This document shows, one piece after another, positions 17,193-28,234 of a stretch of 64,000 nt of DNA. A model generated the notes under the pieces. It was not told where the DNA came from and did no database searches. It worked only from the letters and a program-made list of their open reading frames with translations. The translations under genes were made by a program, and so were the position numbers. This DNA comes from an uncultured virus (IMG/VR IMGVR_UViG_2831345111_000005). Taxonomy: Duplodnaviria; Heunggongvirae; Uroviricota; Caudoviricetes. Numbering within the stretch: the stretch's first letter is position 1; every line of letters begins with the position of its first letter. The stretch lies in the IMG/VR virus record IMGVR_UViG_2831345111_000005. One strand, given 5' to 3'.

Positions 17193-18344
17193 ATGGCTAA
17201 GCAGGATTTAGTAGTTCGCGCACTGGACTTGGGTTCCGGTTTTGTAAAATTGAGCAAGAAGACGGAAAATGGCCTCGAGTTCATGAGCTTCCCGTCGCTT
17301 GCCCCGCGCCATACCGGCCGCGACCTCTCGATGTCGCTTTTGGGTAAGCGGGATACTGTTGTGGTGACGGTTGAGGGGACGCAGTATGAGGTTGGCCCGG
17401 ATAGCGGCGACCTCGATACCAACGACGCTACCCGCAACCTGAACGACCAATACATATATACCGACCAATACAAGGCTTGTTTCTACGGCGCCCTGCACTA
17501 CATGGGTGAGTCAACTATCGACCTGCTGGTTGTTGGTTTGCCGCTTACAACCTTGCATCGTGCTGCAGACCTCAAAGCAATGATGGAGGGTACGCATGTT
17601 ATCAATGAAGATGAGACGGTAACGGTCAAACAGGCGCTGGTTCTGGCTCAGCCGATGGGCGGCCTGCACTATTGCTTGTCGCTGGAAGACACGGTGCCTG
17701 AGTTCGAGTTTCTCCGTGATGAAACCAACCTCATCATCGACCCCGGCTACCTGACCTTTGACTTCCTGGTCACTAACGGTGAAAAAATTAACGACCCTCG
17801 CAGTTCGGCCCACCCTGGCGGTGTCTCCAAGGTGCTGCGCGCGATTGCGGAATCGATTTCCAACAAGTTTGGCATGAAGTATGACAACCTGACCGCCATT
17901 GACCGCGCTATCGAGCGCCGTCGCATCAAGATTAGCGGCCAAGTGGAAGATATGCTCGAGCATATCAGAAATGCGCGTGCCGCCATTGAAGGCTCGGTTA
18001 ACTACCTGCGCAACATTGCGGGGGATGGCTCTGATATCGACAACATCATCCTGATGGGTGGTGGCGAAAAAATCTTCAGCAAGACCATCCTGAACTATTA
18101 CAAGGACCACAAGATTTACGTGCTACCGGATGCCCAACTAGCGAACGTCAAAGGCTTCCAGGCCGCTGGCGAGAAGTTTGCCGGGGTGCCTGCTTCCCAG
18201 ACAAAAGCGGCAGATGCGCCCAAGGTTACTGTACTGACATGGGAGCCGCCAAAGCCAGCGCAAGCAGCTACCGCGGCACCAGCGGCGCAGCCTCAGGCCG
18301 CTGCGCCGGCACCACAGCCTGAGACCGAGGCCGAGGAAATCTAG
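17193..18344 (+). CDS. ParM/StbA-like actin-family ATPase (partition or PRTRC protein D-like)
   Basis: ALDLGSGFVK, LVVGLP, QPMGG, IIDPGYLTFD, MGGG, ANVKGF. Confidence 0.85.
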   Translation: MAKQDLVVRALDLGSGFVKLSKKTENGLEFMSFPSLAPRHTGRDLSMSLLGKRDTVVVTVEGTQYEVGPDSGDLDTNDATRNLNDQYIYTDQYKACFYGALHYMGESTIDLLVVGLPLTTLHRAADLKAMMEGTHVINEDETVTVKQALVLAQPMGGLHYCLSLEDTVPEFEFLRDETNLIIDPGYLTFDFLVTNGEKINDPRSSAHPGGVSKVLRAIAESISNKFGMKYDNLTAIDRAIERRRIKISGQVEDMLEHIRNARAAIEGSVNYLRNIAGDGSDIDNIILMGGGEKIFSKTILNYYKDHKIYVLPDAQLANVKGFQAAGEKFAGVPASQTKAADAPKVTVLTWEPPKPAQAATAAPAAQPQAAAPAPQPETEAEEI

Positions 18345-18471
18345 TCGCTTAAAGTAAAACAATGAAAAAGGGCGGCAATACCGCCCTTTTTTGTTAGAAA
18401 TGACTTTAAAGAAATTAATTGAAGTCACTTTAAGAAAAATCAAAACCTAACTGAAAATACTAGGAATTATC

Positions 18472-19416
18472 ATGGCAGACAGAACCAATTTGTTGTGGAC
18501 GGATGCTACTCTGAACGTTGTCACAGGCTGCGAAAAAATTTCGCAGGGCTGCAAGCATTGTTATGCCGAACGCGATTGGGCGCGTAACGCAGCCAAGCCG
18601 GGCACTGTGTACTTCGGTCGCAAATTCACTGATGTGATGTGCCATCCTGAGAGACTGGACCAGCCATTGCGCTGGACGCGTCCGCGCAAGATTTTCGTCA
18701 ACGCTATGTCGGACCTTTTTCACCATGACGTCCCGGACGCCTTCATCGACCAGATGTTTGCGGTGATGGCCCTTTGCCATCTGCTTGGGCGTGGGCACGT
18801 ATTCCAGATTCTGACAAAGCGCCCGGAGCGCATGTTTTTCTACTTAACGCACCCTGAGGTCAAGTCGCGCATCCTGGCCGAAATGCATAAGCTGGCCCCC
18901 AAGTGGGGTGTGAAAATGGTGGGGTTGGTATGGCCTGTACAGAACGCATGGCTAGGCGTTACTGCTGAGCACCAGGAAGCAGCTCTGGAACGTATCGTTT
19001 GGTTGCAGAAAACACCTGCGGCCATTCGCTGGGTAAGTGCGGAGCCGCTGATAGGGCCGCTGGACCTGTTATTTGCCCTTGAGAGTGACGCGCTCCCGTC
19101 AATCGACTGGGTGGTAGGCGGGGCGGAATCTGGAGATGGCGCGCGCCCGGCCGACTTGCGTTGGTTTCGTGCCTTGCGTGACCAGTGCCGCAAGGCCGGG
19201 AAGAAGTTCCTGTTCAAGCAGTGGGGAGCCTGGGCGCCGGCTACCTACGGCGCTCCTGAAGCCACTTGGCGCCTGCATGACGAGGCTACCAAACTACCGC
19301 TGGGTGAGTGGCACGCTATGCACGATTTTGGCGGCGGCGTAGGTGCAATCCATGCGGGCAGTTTTGATACCGGCCGCACCCTGGATGGGGAACTGATTGA
19401 GGAATACCCCGAGTAA
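18472..19416 (+). CDS. Phage Gp37/Gp68 (DUF5131) family protein
   Basis: WTDAT.N.VTGC.KIS.GC.HCYA, IFVNAMSDLFH, FQILTKRPER, SAEPL, GAESG, FKQWG. Confidence 0.88.
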   Translation: MADRTNLLWTDATLNVVTGCEKISQGCKHCYAERDWARNAAKPGTVYFGRKFTDVMCHPERLDQPLRWTRPRKIFVNAMSDLFHHDVPDAFIDQMFAVMALCHLLGRGHVFQILTKRPERMFFYLTHPEVKSRILAEMHKLAPKWGVKMVGLVWPVQNAWLGVTAEHQEAALERIVWLQKTPAAIRWVSAEPLIGPLDLLFALESDALPSIDWVVGGAESGDGARPADLRWFRALRDQCRKAGKKFLFKQWGAWAPATYGAPEATWRLHDEATKLPLGEWHAMHDFGGGVGAIHAGSFDTGRTLDGELIEEYPE

Positions 19417-19485
19417 TCTCGAGCAGGCCTGGATATGAAAAAACGGCAATCCATATGGGTTGCCGTTTTGTTTTGAGAAGGGTGA

Positions 19486-20139
19486 TTAACCTAGAATGAT
19501 AGTTGACCCAGAGAGCACATTTTCAATCCGGATACCGCGGCTTTCCAGCTGCTTGTATGCGGCATCTAAGCGAGACCGATTCGTCCAGTAGCCATTCAAT
19601 CCATCTGCGGCCATGCGTACTTCAACCTGCCAGGCTGCATCATCAAATGGACTGGGAAACATGCGAATATGGACCCAATCATAGCCGTCAGGACCGTCAG
19701 CCCGGTTGCACCTTGCCCGAACCTCCCACCAGCTTTCACTTTTTGTAGGGGATACCCGGCGTGGCTTCAGTTTATGCCTGACAGCGCAGCCAAGCGAAGT
19801 AAGGATTTCATGTGCTATCCGCAGCATGTATTCATTGAACTTAGCTTGATGTGCGGCCATTCCAGAACCCGCGTCCAGAATCATTTGAGCCCGTTTATAC
19901 AGCCCTAGGCGGAACAAATCATTGCTTTCCCCCAAGTCCTGCAAGGCAGTGGGAGTCATAGCCGATAGCCATCTCCACATTTCTTCCTCAGTGGCCATAT
20001 CCTGCCGAGGCATCCCGGCGGGATAAATCAGATACTTCCCTTGGCTTAGTCGAAGGGTGATGTGCGCCGGGCTGCCGGTAGACGTGAAGTAGCAGTAGGC
20101 GGGGGAAATAGCCAAGGCATAGTTGTTTGAAATTTCCAT
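19486..20139 (-). CDS. Hypothetical protein
   Basis: 217 aa, GAGG RBS. Confidence 0.65.
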   Translation of the reverse strand: MEISNNYALAISPAYCYFTSTGSPAHITLRLSQGKYLIYPAGMPRQDMATEEEMWRWLSAMTPTALQDLGESNDLFRLGLYKRAQMILDAGSGMAAHQAKFNEYMLRIAHEILTSLGCAVRHKLKPRRVSPTKSESWWEVRARCNRADGPDGYDWVHIRMFPSPFDDAAWQVEVRMAADGLNGYWTNRSRLDAAYKQLESRGIRIENVLSGSTIILG

Positions 20140-20238
20140 GATGTTTCCTCTATTGATGATAGTGACTTAGGTGTATAGCTAGAGGACGCTCATGAAAAAA
20201 GCGCCGATGGAAAACCATCAGCGCTTTGAGATGTTGCA

Positions 20239-20589
20239 TTATGAGAGCCAGTTATAGCTCCCGATGATGGATGTCATGATGAAACCCATCTGCATGGCCA
20301 CCATTCCCCATGTTCTGGTTTTAAGGCCGAACCAGAGCCAGCAGCCATTGGATAGCAGGTAAGCAACGAACCCGTAGCCAGAGTACGCATTATGGCAAGC
20401 CAATAATGCAGACCCCGTCATACCAGCAGCAGCTCCCATCCATTCAACCCATTTACCTGGCTTGGAGCCGACCTCGGGCGTGGGTTGCTTAACAGCATCC
20501 GACATCCGGGCGCGGCTTAGTTGCATTACCGGGGCATGTAACACCCAAATAACAGCAGCACACACCAGAAACAAGAATACAAATTGCAT
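20239..20589 (-). CDS. Small membrane protein (possibly PnuC/SemiSWEET-like)
   Basis: 3-4 hydrophobic helices. Confidence 0.5.
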   Translation of the reverse strand: MQFVFLFLVCAAVIWVLHAPVMQLSRARMSDAVKQPTPEVGSKPGKWVEWMGAAAGMTGSALLACHNAYSGYGFVAYLLSNGCWLWFGLKTRTWGMVAMQMGFIMTSIIGSYNWLS

Positions 20590-20601
20590 ACAGCCTCCTT
20601 A

Positions 20602-21087
20602 TTACCTGCGCATGAGCAGGATGAGCGTCGATTCCATGTCGAAAATGGCTTTTTCAAGTAAGTCGGGTTCCCGCTTGGTGTCCAAGCAAGGAAGCTCCTT
20701 GACGCCCTTACCTCCAATCTCACCCCGCAGGTTGTCGTTGAAATACACCTTTCGAACACCAGCTGCTTGCAAAGCTCGAACAGCATAGTTTGCAAAATTG
20801 GCCGAATAGCCCACCGTATCATTCAGTTCTTTGAGTACCCGGTTAGCGCGGCGCATGAGGAGATAGCCCTTATGACAGGCATACTCACCAATAACGCCAT
20901 AGTCGTTCGAGAGGCCAAACTCCCAGGCGTAGCTGGTCGTATGTGATTCGCCTCCCATCTGACAACTCAGGCGCAGGGTAGGGCCGCTATAGCCGAACAA
21001 TTCGAAGCAATCGATGTAGATGTGGCCGTAACCATGCGCCTGCGATGCACGGACGTACGCATACACCGGGTTTTCCCGTTTTGCCAT
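20602..21087 (-). CDS. Hypothetical protein
   Basis: GGGAG RBS before MAKREN. Confidence 0.6.
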   Translation of the reverse strand: MAKRENPVYAYVRASQAHGYGHIYIDCFELFGYSGPTLRLSCQMGGESHTTSYAWEFGLSNDYGVIGEYACHKGYLLMRRANRVLKELNDTVGYSANFANYAVRALQAAGVRKVYFNDNLRGEIGGKGVKELPCLDTKREPDLLEKAIFDMESTLILLMRR

Positions 21088-21100
21088 GATGATTTCTCCC

Positions 21101-21838
21101 TTAAGCGGCTTCAGCCAGATATTGTTGAACGGATGCGATGTCCCGGCAGGGCAATCCACCTCCTTGGTGGGCAAGTTCGAGGTCGTAGCCTTCAAGTACA
21201 GACTGGCCTTCGAAAATGTTACCCAGTAGGTGATGCTTGCAGCCGCATGAATAAACCAAACCCTCTGGGCTTACCAGCGGGGTTTCGCAACAGCACTGCA
21301 AATGCTCCGCAGTCGATGTCAGAATGCCGCGAGCAGGCTCTGCAGCGCGCCCAACAGGACTGATGATGGATACGGTACGGATACCGGCGCCACGGCCGTC
21401 ATTAAGCTCCAAGTAAGACGAAGAGAACCTCGATTGGCTATCCTTGGCGCGTTGATGCTTTTTGAAGGCATCAACAATTTCAGGACGGATGGGGTCGTGA
21501 TATTCGTCTTGAGATAGTTCGACCGTGACCGGGCGACCCTCCTCGACGTAATCCAACAACTTCCTGACCTTGGTGACCAACTTACCATTGGTCACCACCA
21601 GGGGAGGCATATCCAGCTTTCCAGCCTCAAAATACTCCATCGCCTTATCCAGAAATACAAAAAACTCAGGATGAGTCGTAGGCTCGCCGCCACCTATGGT
21701 GACGTGGTCGCCCATGGATACTGCCATTTCGAGCGCCGTGATGAACGTGTAACGGTCCATGTTGGTGCCTTTTGCTGTTGCCGAGAAGCAGCAATGCGCA
21801 CAGGTCATGTTGCACCGGGTGGTAATCTGAATGTACAT
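21101..21838 (-). CDS. Radical SAM protein with SPASM/twitch-like C-terminus
   Basis: CNMTCAHCC (CxxxCxxC), GGGEPT, VTNG, V.PEG.VY.C. Confidence 0.85.
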   Translation of the reverse strand: MYIQITTRCNMTCAHCCFSATAKGTNMDRYTFITALEMAVSMGDHVTIGGGEPTTHPEFFVFLDKAMEYFEAGKLDMPPLVVTNGKLVTKVRKLLDYVEEGRPVTVELSQDEYHDPIRPEIVDAFKKHQRAKDSQSRFSSSYLELNDGRGAGIRTVSIISPVGRAAEPARGILTSTAEHLQCCCETPLVSPEGLVYSCGCKHHLLGNIFEGQSVLEGYDLELAHQGGGLPCRDIASVQQYLAEAA

Positions 21839-21944
21839 AATATACCTCTCAATATCAATTTTCGTAAGCTCAATGAAGAGCACATCTGTTCCTGATTGAG
21901 TATAGAGAGCGCAAAAATACCCCGTCATAGACGGGGTACGAGTG

Positions 21945-22430
21945 TTACAACCAAGGATGCCAGGATGCGTTATGCAAGGGCAACACATGAACCAGGAAAT
22001 CACGTCCACTCGCAAATCGCGGATAGGATTCTTCATGAACATCATGACTGAAATCCCAAGCCGAGATGGAACTGAATTGTGACGCGATGACAGCACTCCA
22101 AAGCTCATCCGGCGTGGTTTTTGAGAATAGAACCTCGACTTCCTTATCAAACATTAGGCGGCGATTAGTTACATCCTCAGGAGCACCTACCCGCTCTCTC
22201 AACCCCCTTGTTTTGAAATTCTTCGAGGAGTCCAGAGAAATCCGCAGTGCTGGATTTTTACCTTCAAAATCGCGAGCCCATGAGAGCGTTAGATAGCTAA
22301 AGGGCTCTTGCGCGAACAATGCCACAGCAAAGTCCAACCAGGCTAACCCGGCCTCCCGAAGAGCCGGCGACTCGATGTCCCAAGGGATTTGTAAATTGAG
22401 AATATTAAGGGGCTTGTTCGTATGCAGCAT
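21945..22430 (-). CDS. Hypothetical protein
   Basis: 161 aa, GGAGG RBS. Confidence 0.6.
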   Translation of the reverse strand: MLHTNKPLNILNLQIPWDIESPALREAGLAWLDFAVALFAQEPFSYLTLSWARDFEGKNPALRISLDSSKNFKTRGLRERVGAPEDVTNRRLMFDKEVEVLFSKTTPDELWSAVIASQFSSISAWDFSHDVHEESYPRFASGRDFLVHVLPLHNASWHPWL

Positions 22431-22650
22431 ATGTCCTCCGTTATTAAGTTAAGTCCTGAACCAGTATAGAAAACGCAGCAGAGCACGTTGCCGCAATTGA
22501 ATAAACAGGCTTTTTATGATATATTATTAAGTTAATACATCACTGTCAAACGCATTGCCTGTCGAACTGCGCTATACAGTATCTCGGTTTCTAGTAACGA
22601 ATTTTTACGGCGCCTTCCTGGTGCCGTTATTAGTTGAAAGGTCTTTGCGC

Positions 22651-23379
22651 ATGTTCGAATCACAACCCTTATCCATTGAATTTTGGAATCGACTGCTTTC
22701 ACGCTTGGAGGCAGATTTCCTTGCTCGACGTCAATCGCTGCGGGCGCTGCTTACGCCTAAAGCGGCGACTGTTGAAACGCTGTCTGTTGTCCTCGGCCAA
22801 ACAGCCAGGATGCGTAACCAGGCGGTAGCCGAGTTGAACAACCTGGAAAACCTCCAGCTGCTCATTCAGGCAGTAAGCTCCCAAGTCCGCCAGGTATCCT
22901 TTGATGTTGGCATTCCTACGCTCGAGCAGCAGATTTCGACGGTTCGTAATATCATCTCGGTATTTGAAGAGTACATGTGCGGCTTGCCGAGTCGTGTTAT
23001 CGATGAAGAAGACATTAACCATGCGGCCACGCAATACACAGCCCTGCGTTCCAGCGGTACCGGTGAGGCGGCCACGACCGAACGCCAGCGACTGCGCAGC
23101 ATTACCCGCGAATTGCGCGTTTTTGGTAGTGAGGACAGCGGCGAATACGAGACCTCCACGCGTAACATGCAGACCACGCTCGACCAATGGGACGCTGATT
23201 TGCAATCCTTGCGCGTGAGCACCTTGTTGTCCGTTCGAGTCACCCCAGAATTGGCTGAGCTGCTTTCCAGTTTCGGCGTGGCTGTTTACGAGATGGCGCT
23301 GCCTCCGGCGGAGGAGGGTGGTAACTCCAAGCAACCTGAAGAAACCGTCGAAACGGCTACAGAAGGGGCTGTTGCTTAA
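22651..23379 (+). CDS. Hypothetical coiled-coil protein
   Basis: Long ORF coupled (TAATG) to the VRR-NUC gene. Confidence 0.65.
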   Translation: MFESQPLSIEFWNRLLSRLEADFLARRQSLRALLTPKAATVETLSVVLGQTARMRNQAVAELNNLENLQLLIQAVSSQVRQVSFDVGIPTLEQQISTVRNIISVFEEYMCGLPSRVIDEEDINHAATQYTALRSSGTGEAATTERQRLRSITRELRVFGSEDSGEYETSTRNMQTTLDQWDADLQSLRVSTLLSVRVTPELAELLSSFGVAVYEMALPPAEEGGNSKQPEETVETATEGAVA

Positions 23380-23846
23380 TGAATGTCTCCTATGAGGAGG
23401 CGGTCAAGCGAGGCTGGATAAAGCCAAGCGAGGTTCCGAAAAAGGCCCGCCCGACGAAGGCCCGCAAGGCTGAGCTGGAAGGCGAAGAGCAAGCCCAGCT
23501 CATCAAGCTTTTCCGGCAGCTTTTCCCGGCCGAGGGGCCGCTCCTCATACATATCCCCAACGGCGGTTCTCGCAAGAACGCATTTGAAGGATGGCGACTC
23601 AAGGAGCAGGGGGTACGCGCCGGTGTAAGCGACCTGATGCTGCCTGTGGCTCGAGGAGGATTCTTCGGGCTGTGGATTGAGTTTAAAGCCGCGCCGCCGA
23701 ATGATGCCGGCGTCTCAGACTCTCAGAAGGATTGGGTCGCTTTGATGCGCGCCCAAGGCTACCAGGCTGAGGTATGTTTGGGGGTTGAAGCGGCGATTGC
23801 AGTGTTGGAAGCTTATATGCGCTTACCGGCTACTGTGGTGGCCTAA
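23379..23846 (+). CDS. VRR-NUC domain nuclease
   Basis: HIPNGG.R, GV.AGVSDL, LWIEFK, S..QKDW. Confidence 0.88.
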   Translation: MNVSYEEAVKRGWIKPSEVPKKARPTKARKAELEGEEQAQLIKLFRQLFPAEGPLLIHIPNGGSRKNAFEGWRLKEQGVRAGVSDLMLPVARGGFFGLWIEFKAAPPNDAGVSDSQKDWVALMRAQGYQAEVCLGVEAAIAVLEAYMRLPATVVA

Positions 23847-23907
23847 ATCCACTAAGCCATACAGCGGGACAAAACTAAAAGGGCTGAAATATTCAGCCCT
23901 TTTTTAG

Positions 23908-24573
23908 TTAGCACCCAGGGTGCTTTGGCGTGAAGAACTCTACCGGCGGCGTGAAATGCATCACACCTGAGTCCATCGGCGTGATTGCGTCGGTAGCCTT
24001 CTTGATGATGGCCCCTTCGTTCGTGTTGATGTCCTGGCTTACCGTATCATCCGATACGACAATGTGGCCGTCATACACAAAGACGTGCACGCCATCCTCC
24101 AATCCATCACACGAACCATTGCCGCAAAGCATGGCTGAATAATCCGTGCCTCGAATCCCGATAGTTGCCGTAGGCGTCTTCAGGGCATAATTGTCGTGGT
24201 TTTTCTTACCAATCAACCCAGACACAGTGCGCAGGCCGCCCTTCAGGATGGAGGTAAAGCTAACCCCTTCTTCCGGCGCTACAGCTGCAAACTTGTAATT
24301 ATCGATACGAAATGCACTGTTTGGCTTGAGGTACACCACTTGGCCGTCAGCCATTACCAGAGTTGCATCTGTGGTCTTGCCGGTTAGAACGACGTCCCCT
24401 TGCTCGAAGGCGGAGCCTTCTGAAGCCAGGCTGACATGTTGGTCTGGATGGCGGATGGAAACCAAGGGTCCCGCTTTCTTAATCGTCCCCACTGCTTCGG
24501 CATACGCCGACTGACTCACGAAGGCGGCCGCCACCAGCGCCGCTATCGAGATTGCTTTCTTAACTACATGCAC
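23908..24573 (-). CDS. FecR-domain secreted protein
   Basis: Signal peptide; GD.V.TG, G.LR..SG.IGK, TPTATIGIRGT. Confidence 0.82.
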   Translation of the reverse strand: MHVVKKAISIAALVAAAFVSQSAYAEAVGTIKKAGPLVSIRHPDQHVSLASEGSAFEQGDVVLTGKTTDATLVMADGQVVYLKPNSAFRIDNYKFAAVAPEEGVSFTSILKGGLRTVSGLIGKKNHDNYALKTPTATIGIRGTDYSAMLCGNGSCDGLEDGVHVFVYDGHIVVSDDTVSQDINTNEGAIIKKATDAITPMDSGVMHFTPPVEFFTPKHPGC

Positions 24574-27500
24574 GACAGTTCTCCTTTAGCGCGCCCCTGG
24601 TCAACCTGGAGCGGCGTCTGTGGTGCAGACACGCCATACACCGGGGTTTGAATTGCAGTCGTCAGCACGTTGGATAACAGGTTTGTTTCCGGCACGCTGA
24701 GCACCGGGAGGCTAGGAGTTGGCACTGGCGTGACCGGAACAACAACTGGAGCAGCCAGAATTGAAAACTGGCCATTTGTGAAGTTCAGGTTGTAGTCACC
24801 AGAAGCGGACAGGGTGCCTTGACGAATGACGTACTGGCCCACTGCTTCCCCAGCATCCCGGGTCAGGCCGCCGGATAGCGTGTCACCGTTCACCAAACTG
24901 CCTGATGAGACGGTATAGCTAAAAATCGGGTCATTTCCACCAAAAGTCTTGCTGGCGGGGTCTGCTGTGACCCCAATATTTCGCTTATTTACCGTCAGCG
25001 TATTCCCAACGAAGGTCAGCGAGTAGTCGCTGGAGGCCGAGAGTGTGCCTTGGGTGATGTTATAGGTGCCGACATGTTCGCCCGTTTGGCGGGTAAGACC
25101 ACCTGTGAGACTGTCAGAGCCCACTAGAGAGCCTGTCGTAATGGCATAGCTCAAGGTTGGGTCGCCATTCCCATAGGTCTTGCTCTGTGCGCCAGCCGTT
25201 ACCGTAATGCCACGCTGGGTGATACTGTAGGTTCCCCCAACATAGGTCAGCGCATAGTCGCTGCTTGCGGCTAGCGTGCCCTGGGTGATGCTGTAGTTAC
25301 CGACATGCACCCCCGTCTGGTTAAGGGCGCCAGTGAGGCTGTCCGTACCAACGAGAGAACCTGTAGTTACCGAGTAGGTGAGGGGCTGGGTCGGGTCACC
25401 GTAGACACTAGTTTGGTTGGCAGCGGTCACCGTAATCCCCCGCTGATTAACGGTAAGGGTGCCCGTGGTATTCCCGGTTGAAGCCAATGTGTAGTTGCCT
25501 GCTGCGGAGCCAGTCAAGCCCGTCAAGGTTTCAACATACGTGCCCGCATGCAAGGTCTGGTTGGGGTTGATTGAGGTCCCGTTCAGAGTCAGTCCCTGCG
25601 TGGCCCCTACCGCGGTCAAATCAGCAGCAATAACGCCATTGAGAGTGTAGCTGCCGAAGGAAGTGACATCCCCATATGTAATGCTATTGTTCGTGGTTGT
25701 GTAGGTAATGGATTTTGGGGTAATGGCGTACGTTGCCGGCGAACCAGTCATTTGAATCTGGTAGCCAAGGTTGCTAGCCAGATTGCTCGCAATGAAGTTA
25801 TAGGTTCCAACATTACTGCCTGCCGCGCGGGTCAGGCTGCCAGAAATAGAATCATCCGCGACATCGTTGAACAAGTAACCGGACAACGTGTAGCCAAGCA
25901 CCCCGTCACCAGCGGTATCGGTGCCATCATAGGTGCGCGATTGTCCCGTACCAGGGGTTACCGTCAAGGTGGGTGCGTTCTGAAATACGAAGCGATTGCC
26001 GGTCAGGCCGGTCAGCGCCGCGCTATTTGGGCCGCAGGCCGCATACGTGCAACCGTAGCGACCGTTACCAGCCAGTCCGTTAGTAACGATGGAGGCGTAG
26101 TCACTGCTGTAGATGAGCCAGTTTGCCCCAGCGGTACCAAGTGAGATAGCTGCGCTTCCGTTGTTGGATTGATTCCGGAATACGCCATCGGATTGAAGAA
26201 CCAGCGCGTTACCAGCACCGCTCAAGTTGAGCTGTGATGCGGCGCCCAGCGTAAGGTCTCCCGCGGTCGTAATCGTCGCTGTGGTCGCGGACACTACGCC
26301 GTTGAGGGTCAGGCCTACCCCGGCATTAGCCAAGAGGAAGTTGCCTGTAGAAACGTTTCCGAGGGCCGCGACAGAATTACTTGCAGTCGAAAGGTCGGCA
26401 TTCGCAGCCGTGACAGAAAGCGAGTTCACGCCGGTGATGCCATCCGTTTGTGAGACATTTCCACCTGCGGTGAGATTCAGATTGCCGCCATTGGCATTAA
26501 TGCCTGCGATGCCATCCACCGTCGTGATGCTCAGCGCACCCGTCGTGGTCACTGCGATGGACTGACCCGAGCCGGCTGCATCGATGGCGATAGCGCCAAC
26601 GGAGTTATTCCCTGTGAGGTCGACCGCCTGGCCGACCGCTGACACCGAAAGCGAGCCTGCTTGAATGAGGCCTTTGGTTGTGCCTAGTTCGGAAACACTA
26701 CCCGTAATCGAGACCTTGCCGGTACCTGCATTCAGTATGGAAGAATTTAACAGCTGGGTGCCCGTTTGAGTTCCGATTGCGACACCTCCAAGGGCGTTCA
26801 CCGTACTGCCAATCGTGAGGCTATTGGCGTTCGAAACGTTGAAGGCGCCTCCATTGGTATCAATAGCCGCATTAATGGCTACGGTTCCCGTGCCCCCCGC
26901 GCCGGGCGTCGATTTGTTCGCAAAGAAGTTAAGGTCAAGAGTGCCTGCGGTCGAGCTGATGCCCGCATTGACCGTGATGCTGTTATCCGCCTGGAAAGAC
27001 AAGCTTGCGTTACCGCCAGCCGTCTTGGTTATCGCGGCGCTTACGGTAATGTTGCCCGCCTCGGCACCACCCGCGTTTGTCGTGTCCACCACCACGGAGG
27101 TGCCGCCATTCAGGATGGAACTGATGGCTCCAGCGCCGATTTGGGAGGTGCTACCGGTAGGAGAGTAGGTGATGGGGTTTGTGCCCGTATTGGTAGAGGC
27201 ATTCCCAACGACGCCAGAGACAATTTCGATATTGTAGGGGTCGATAAGCCAAGTGCCGTCCTTGGCCTCGATAGACGCACCAGAGGCATCGAGGTAGCCA
27301 GCAGAGGTTTCGATGAACCCGCTGCCACCATTAGCAGTTAATGAGCCACCTACCGTGCCGGTATTGTCTGACTTCAGCTTGATGGTCCCGCCTTGCGTGC
27401 CGGCGCCATCCCCGTTCGCAGTAATCACGGAGGTGCTGGTGGTTTGTAAGGAGCTGTTGGCGCCTTGGGCAACAAGATACACATGCCCACCACTCGATTG

Positions 27501-28232
27501 CAGGCCAGATGCTGAAATAGCACCGCTATTGGAGACATCCAGTCCAACCAGGCCAATGACGCCATGCTCTGCGATGAGTTGACCCATATTTACTGCGGAA
27601 CCAGCGGGAGCTTTAACCGTGACATACGTCCCCGGCTGGGCAGAGTCTGCAAGCGTCACCGAGTTGCCGGCGGCGAGCCAGATTTCACCATTTTGCGCGT
27701 GAATTACGCCTGAGTTCTCGACTGCCTGCCCCAAAAGCACAATGCGGCCGCCAGAGGGCGTTTCAAGAAATGCCGCGTTACTCACCTTGGCCGTGCTATC
27801 CCCAGAAAAGGCATAGTTTCCTGCCAGAAAATCAGCGTTCTTGATATCCAGTGTGGAGGCGACGAGACCGCCTACATTCACCTGGGCGCCTTGGCCAAAA
27901 ACGATGCCGTTCGGGTTAACCAGGAACACGCGACCATTAGCTTGCAGCTGCCCGAGTATGACCGATGGGTCTTGGCCAACCACACGGTTAAGGACCGTGG
28001 CGGATGCGGAGGGTTGCAGGAACTGGGTGACTTCATTTTGATTAATCGAGAAGCTACCCCAGTTGATGATGGCCTTGTCGGAGGCTGTCACCTTCAGCGT
28101 ACTTCCAACTTGCTGGAGGTTGACCACGCCAGAAACGACGGATGCTCCAGTGGGATTGGCTAGCGCCGTGCTGGAGAGCAGTGACGCAATAATGGCTGCG
28201 ATAGCCTTGGGGCGAAAATTCGTTGTAGTCAT
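24564..28232 (-). CDS. TpsA filamentous haemagglutinin-like exoprotein with MBG-type repeats
   Basis: INWGSFSI, LNRV, NPNGI TPS domain; repeated K.YG..DP.L...G.L.R..GE.VG.Y.I.QGTL. Confidence 0.9.
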   Translation of the reverse strand: MTTTNFRPKAIAAIIASLLSSTALANPTGASVVSGVVNLQQVGSTLKVTASDKAIINWGSFSINQNEVTQFLQPSASATVLNRVVGQDPSVILGQLQANGRVFLVNPNGIVFGQGAQVNVGGLVASTLDIKNADFLAGNYAFSGDSTAKVSNAAFLETPSGGRIVLLGQAVENSGVIHAQNGEIWLAAGNSVTLADSAQPGTYVTVKAPAGSAVNMGQLIAEHGVIGLVGLDVSNSGAISASGLQSSGGHVYLVAQGANSSLQTTSTSVITANGDGAGTQGGTIKLKSDNTGTVGGSLTANGGSGFIETSAGYLDASGASIEAKDGTWLIDPYNIEIVSGVVGNASTNTGTNPITYSPTGSTSQIGAGAISSILNGGTSVVVDTTNAGGAEAGNITVSAAITKTAGGNASLSFQADNSITVNAGISSTAGTLDLNFFANKSTPGAGGTGTVAINAAIDTNGGAFNVSNANSLTIGSTVNALGGVAIGTQTGTQLLNSSILNAGTGKVSITGSVSELGTTKGLIQAGSLSVSAVGQAVDLTGNNSVGAIAIDAAGSGQSIAVTTTGALSITTVDGIAGINANGGNLNLTAGGNVSQTDGITGVNSLSVTAANADLSTASNSVAALGNVSTGNFLLANAGVGLTLNGVVSATTATITTAGDLTLGAASQLNLSGAGNALVLQSDGVFRNQSNNGSAAISLGTAGANWLIYSSDYASIVTNGLAGNGRYGCTYAACGPNSAALTGLTGNRFVFQNAPTLTVTPGTGQSRTYDGTDTAGDGVLGYTLSGYLFNDVADDSISGSLTRAAGSNVGTYNFIASNLASNLGYQIQMTGSPATYAITPKSITYTTTNNSITYGDVTSFGSYTLNGVIAADLTAVGATQGLTLNGTSINPNQTLHAGTYVETLTGLTGSAAGNYTLASTGNTTGTLTVNQRGITVTAANQTSVYGDPTQPLTYSVTTGSLVGTDSLTGALNQTGVHVGNYSITQGTLAASSDYALTYVGGTYSITQRGITVTAGAQSKTYGNGDPTLSYAITTGSLVGSDSLTGGLTRQTGEHVGTYNITQGTLSASSDYSLTFVGNTLTVNKRNIGVTADPASKTFGGNDPIFSYTVSSGSLVNGDTLSGGLTRDAGEAVGQYVIRQGTLSASGDYNLNFTNGQFSILAAPVVVPVTPVPTPSLPVLSVPETNLLSNVLTTAIQTPVYGVSAPQTPLQVDQGRAKGELSCM

Positions 28233-28234
28233 GG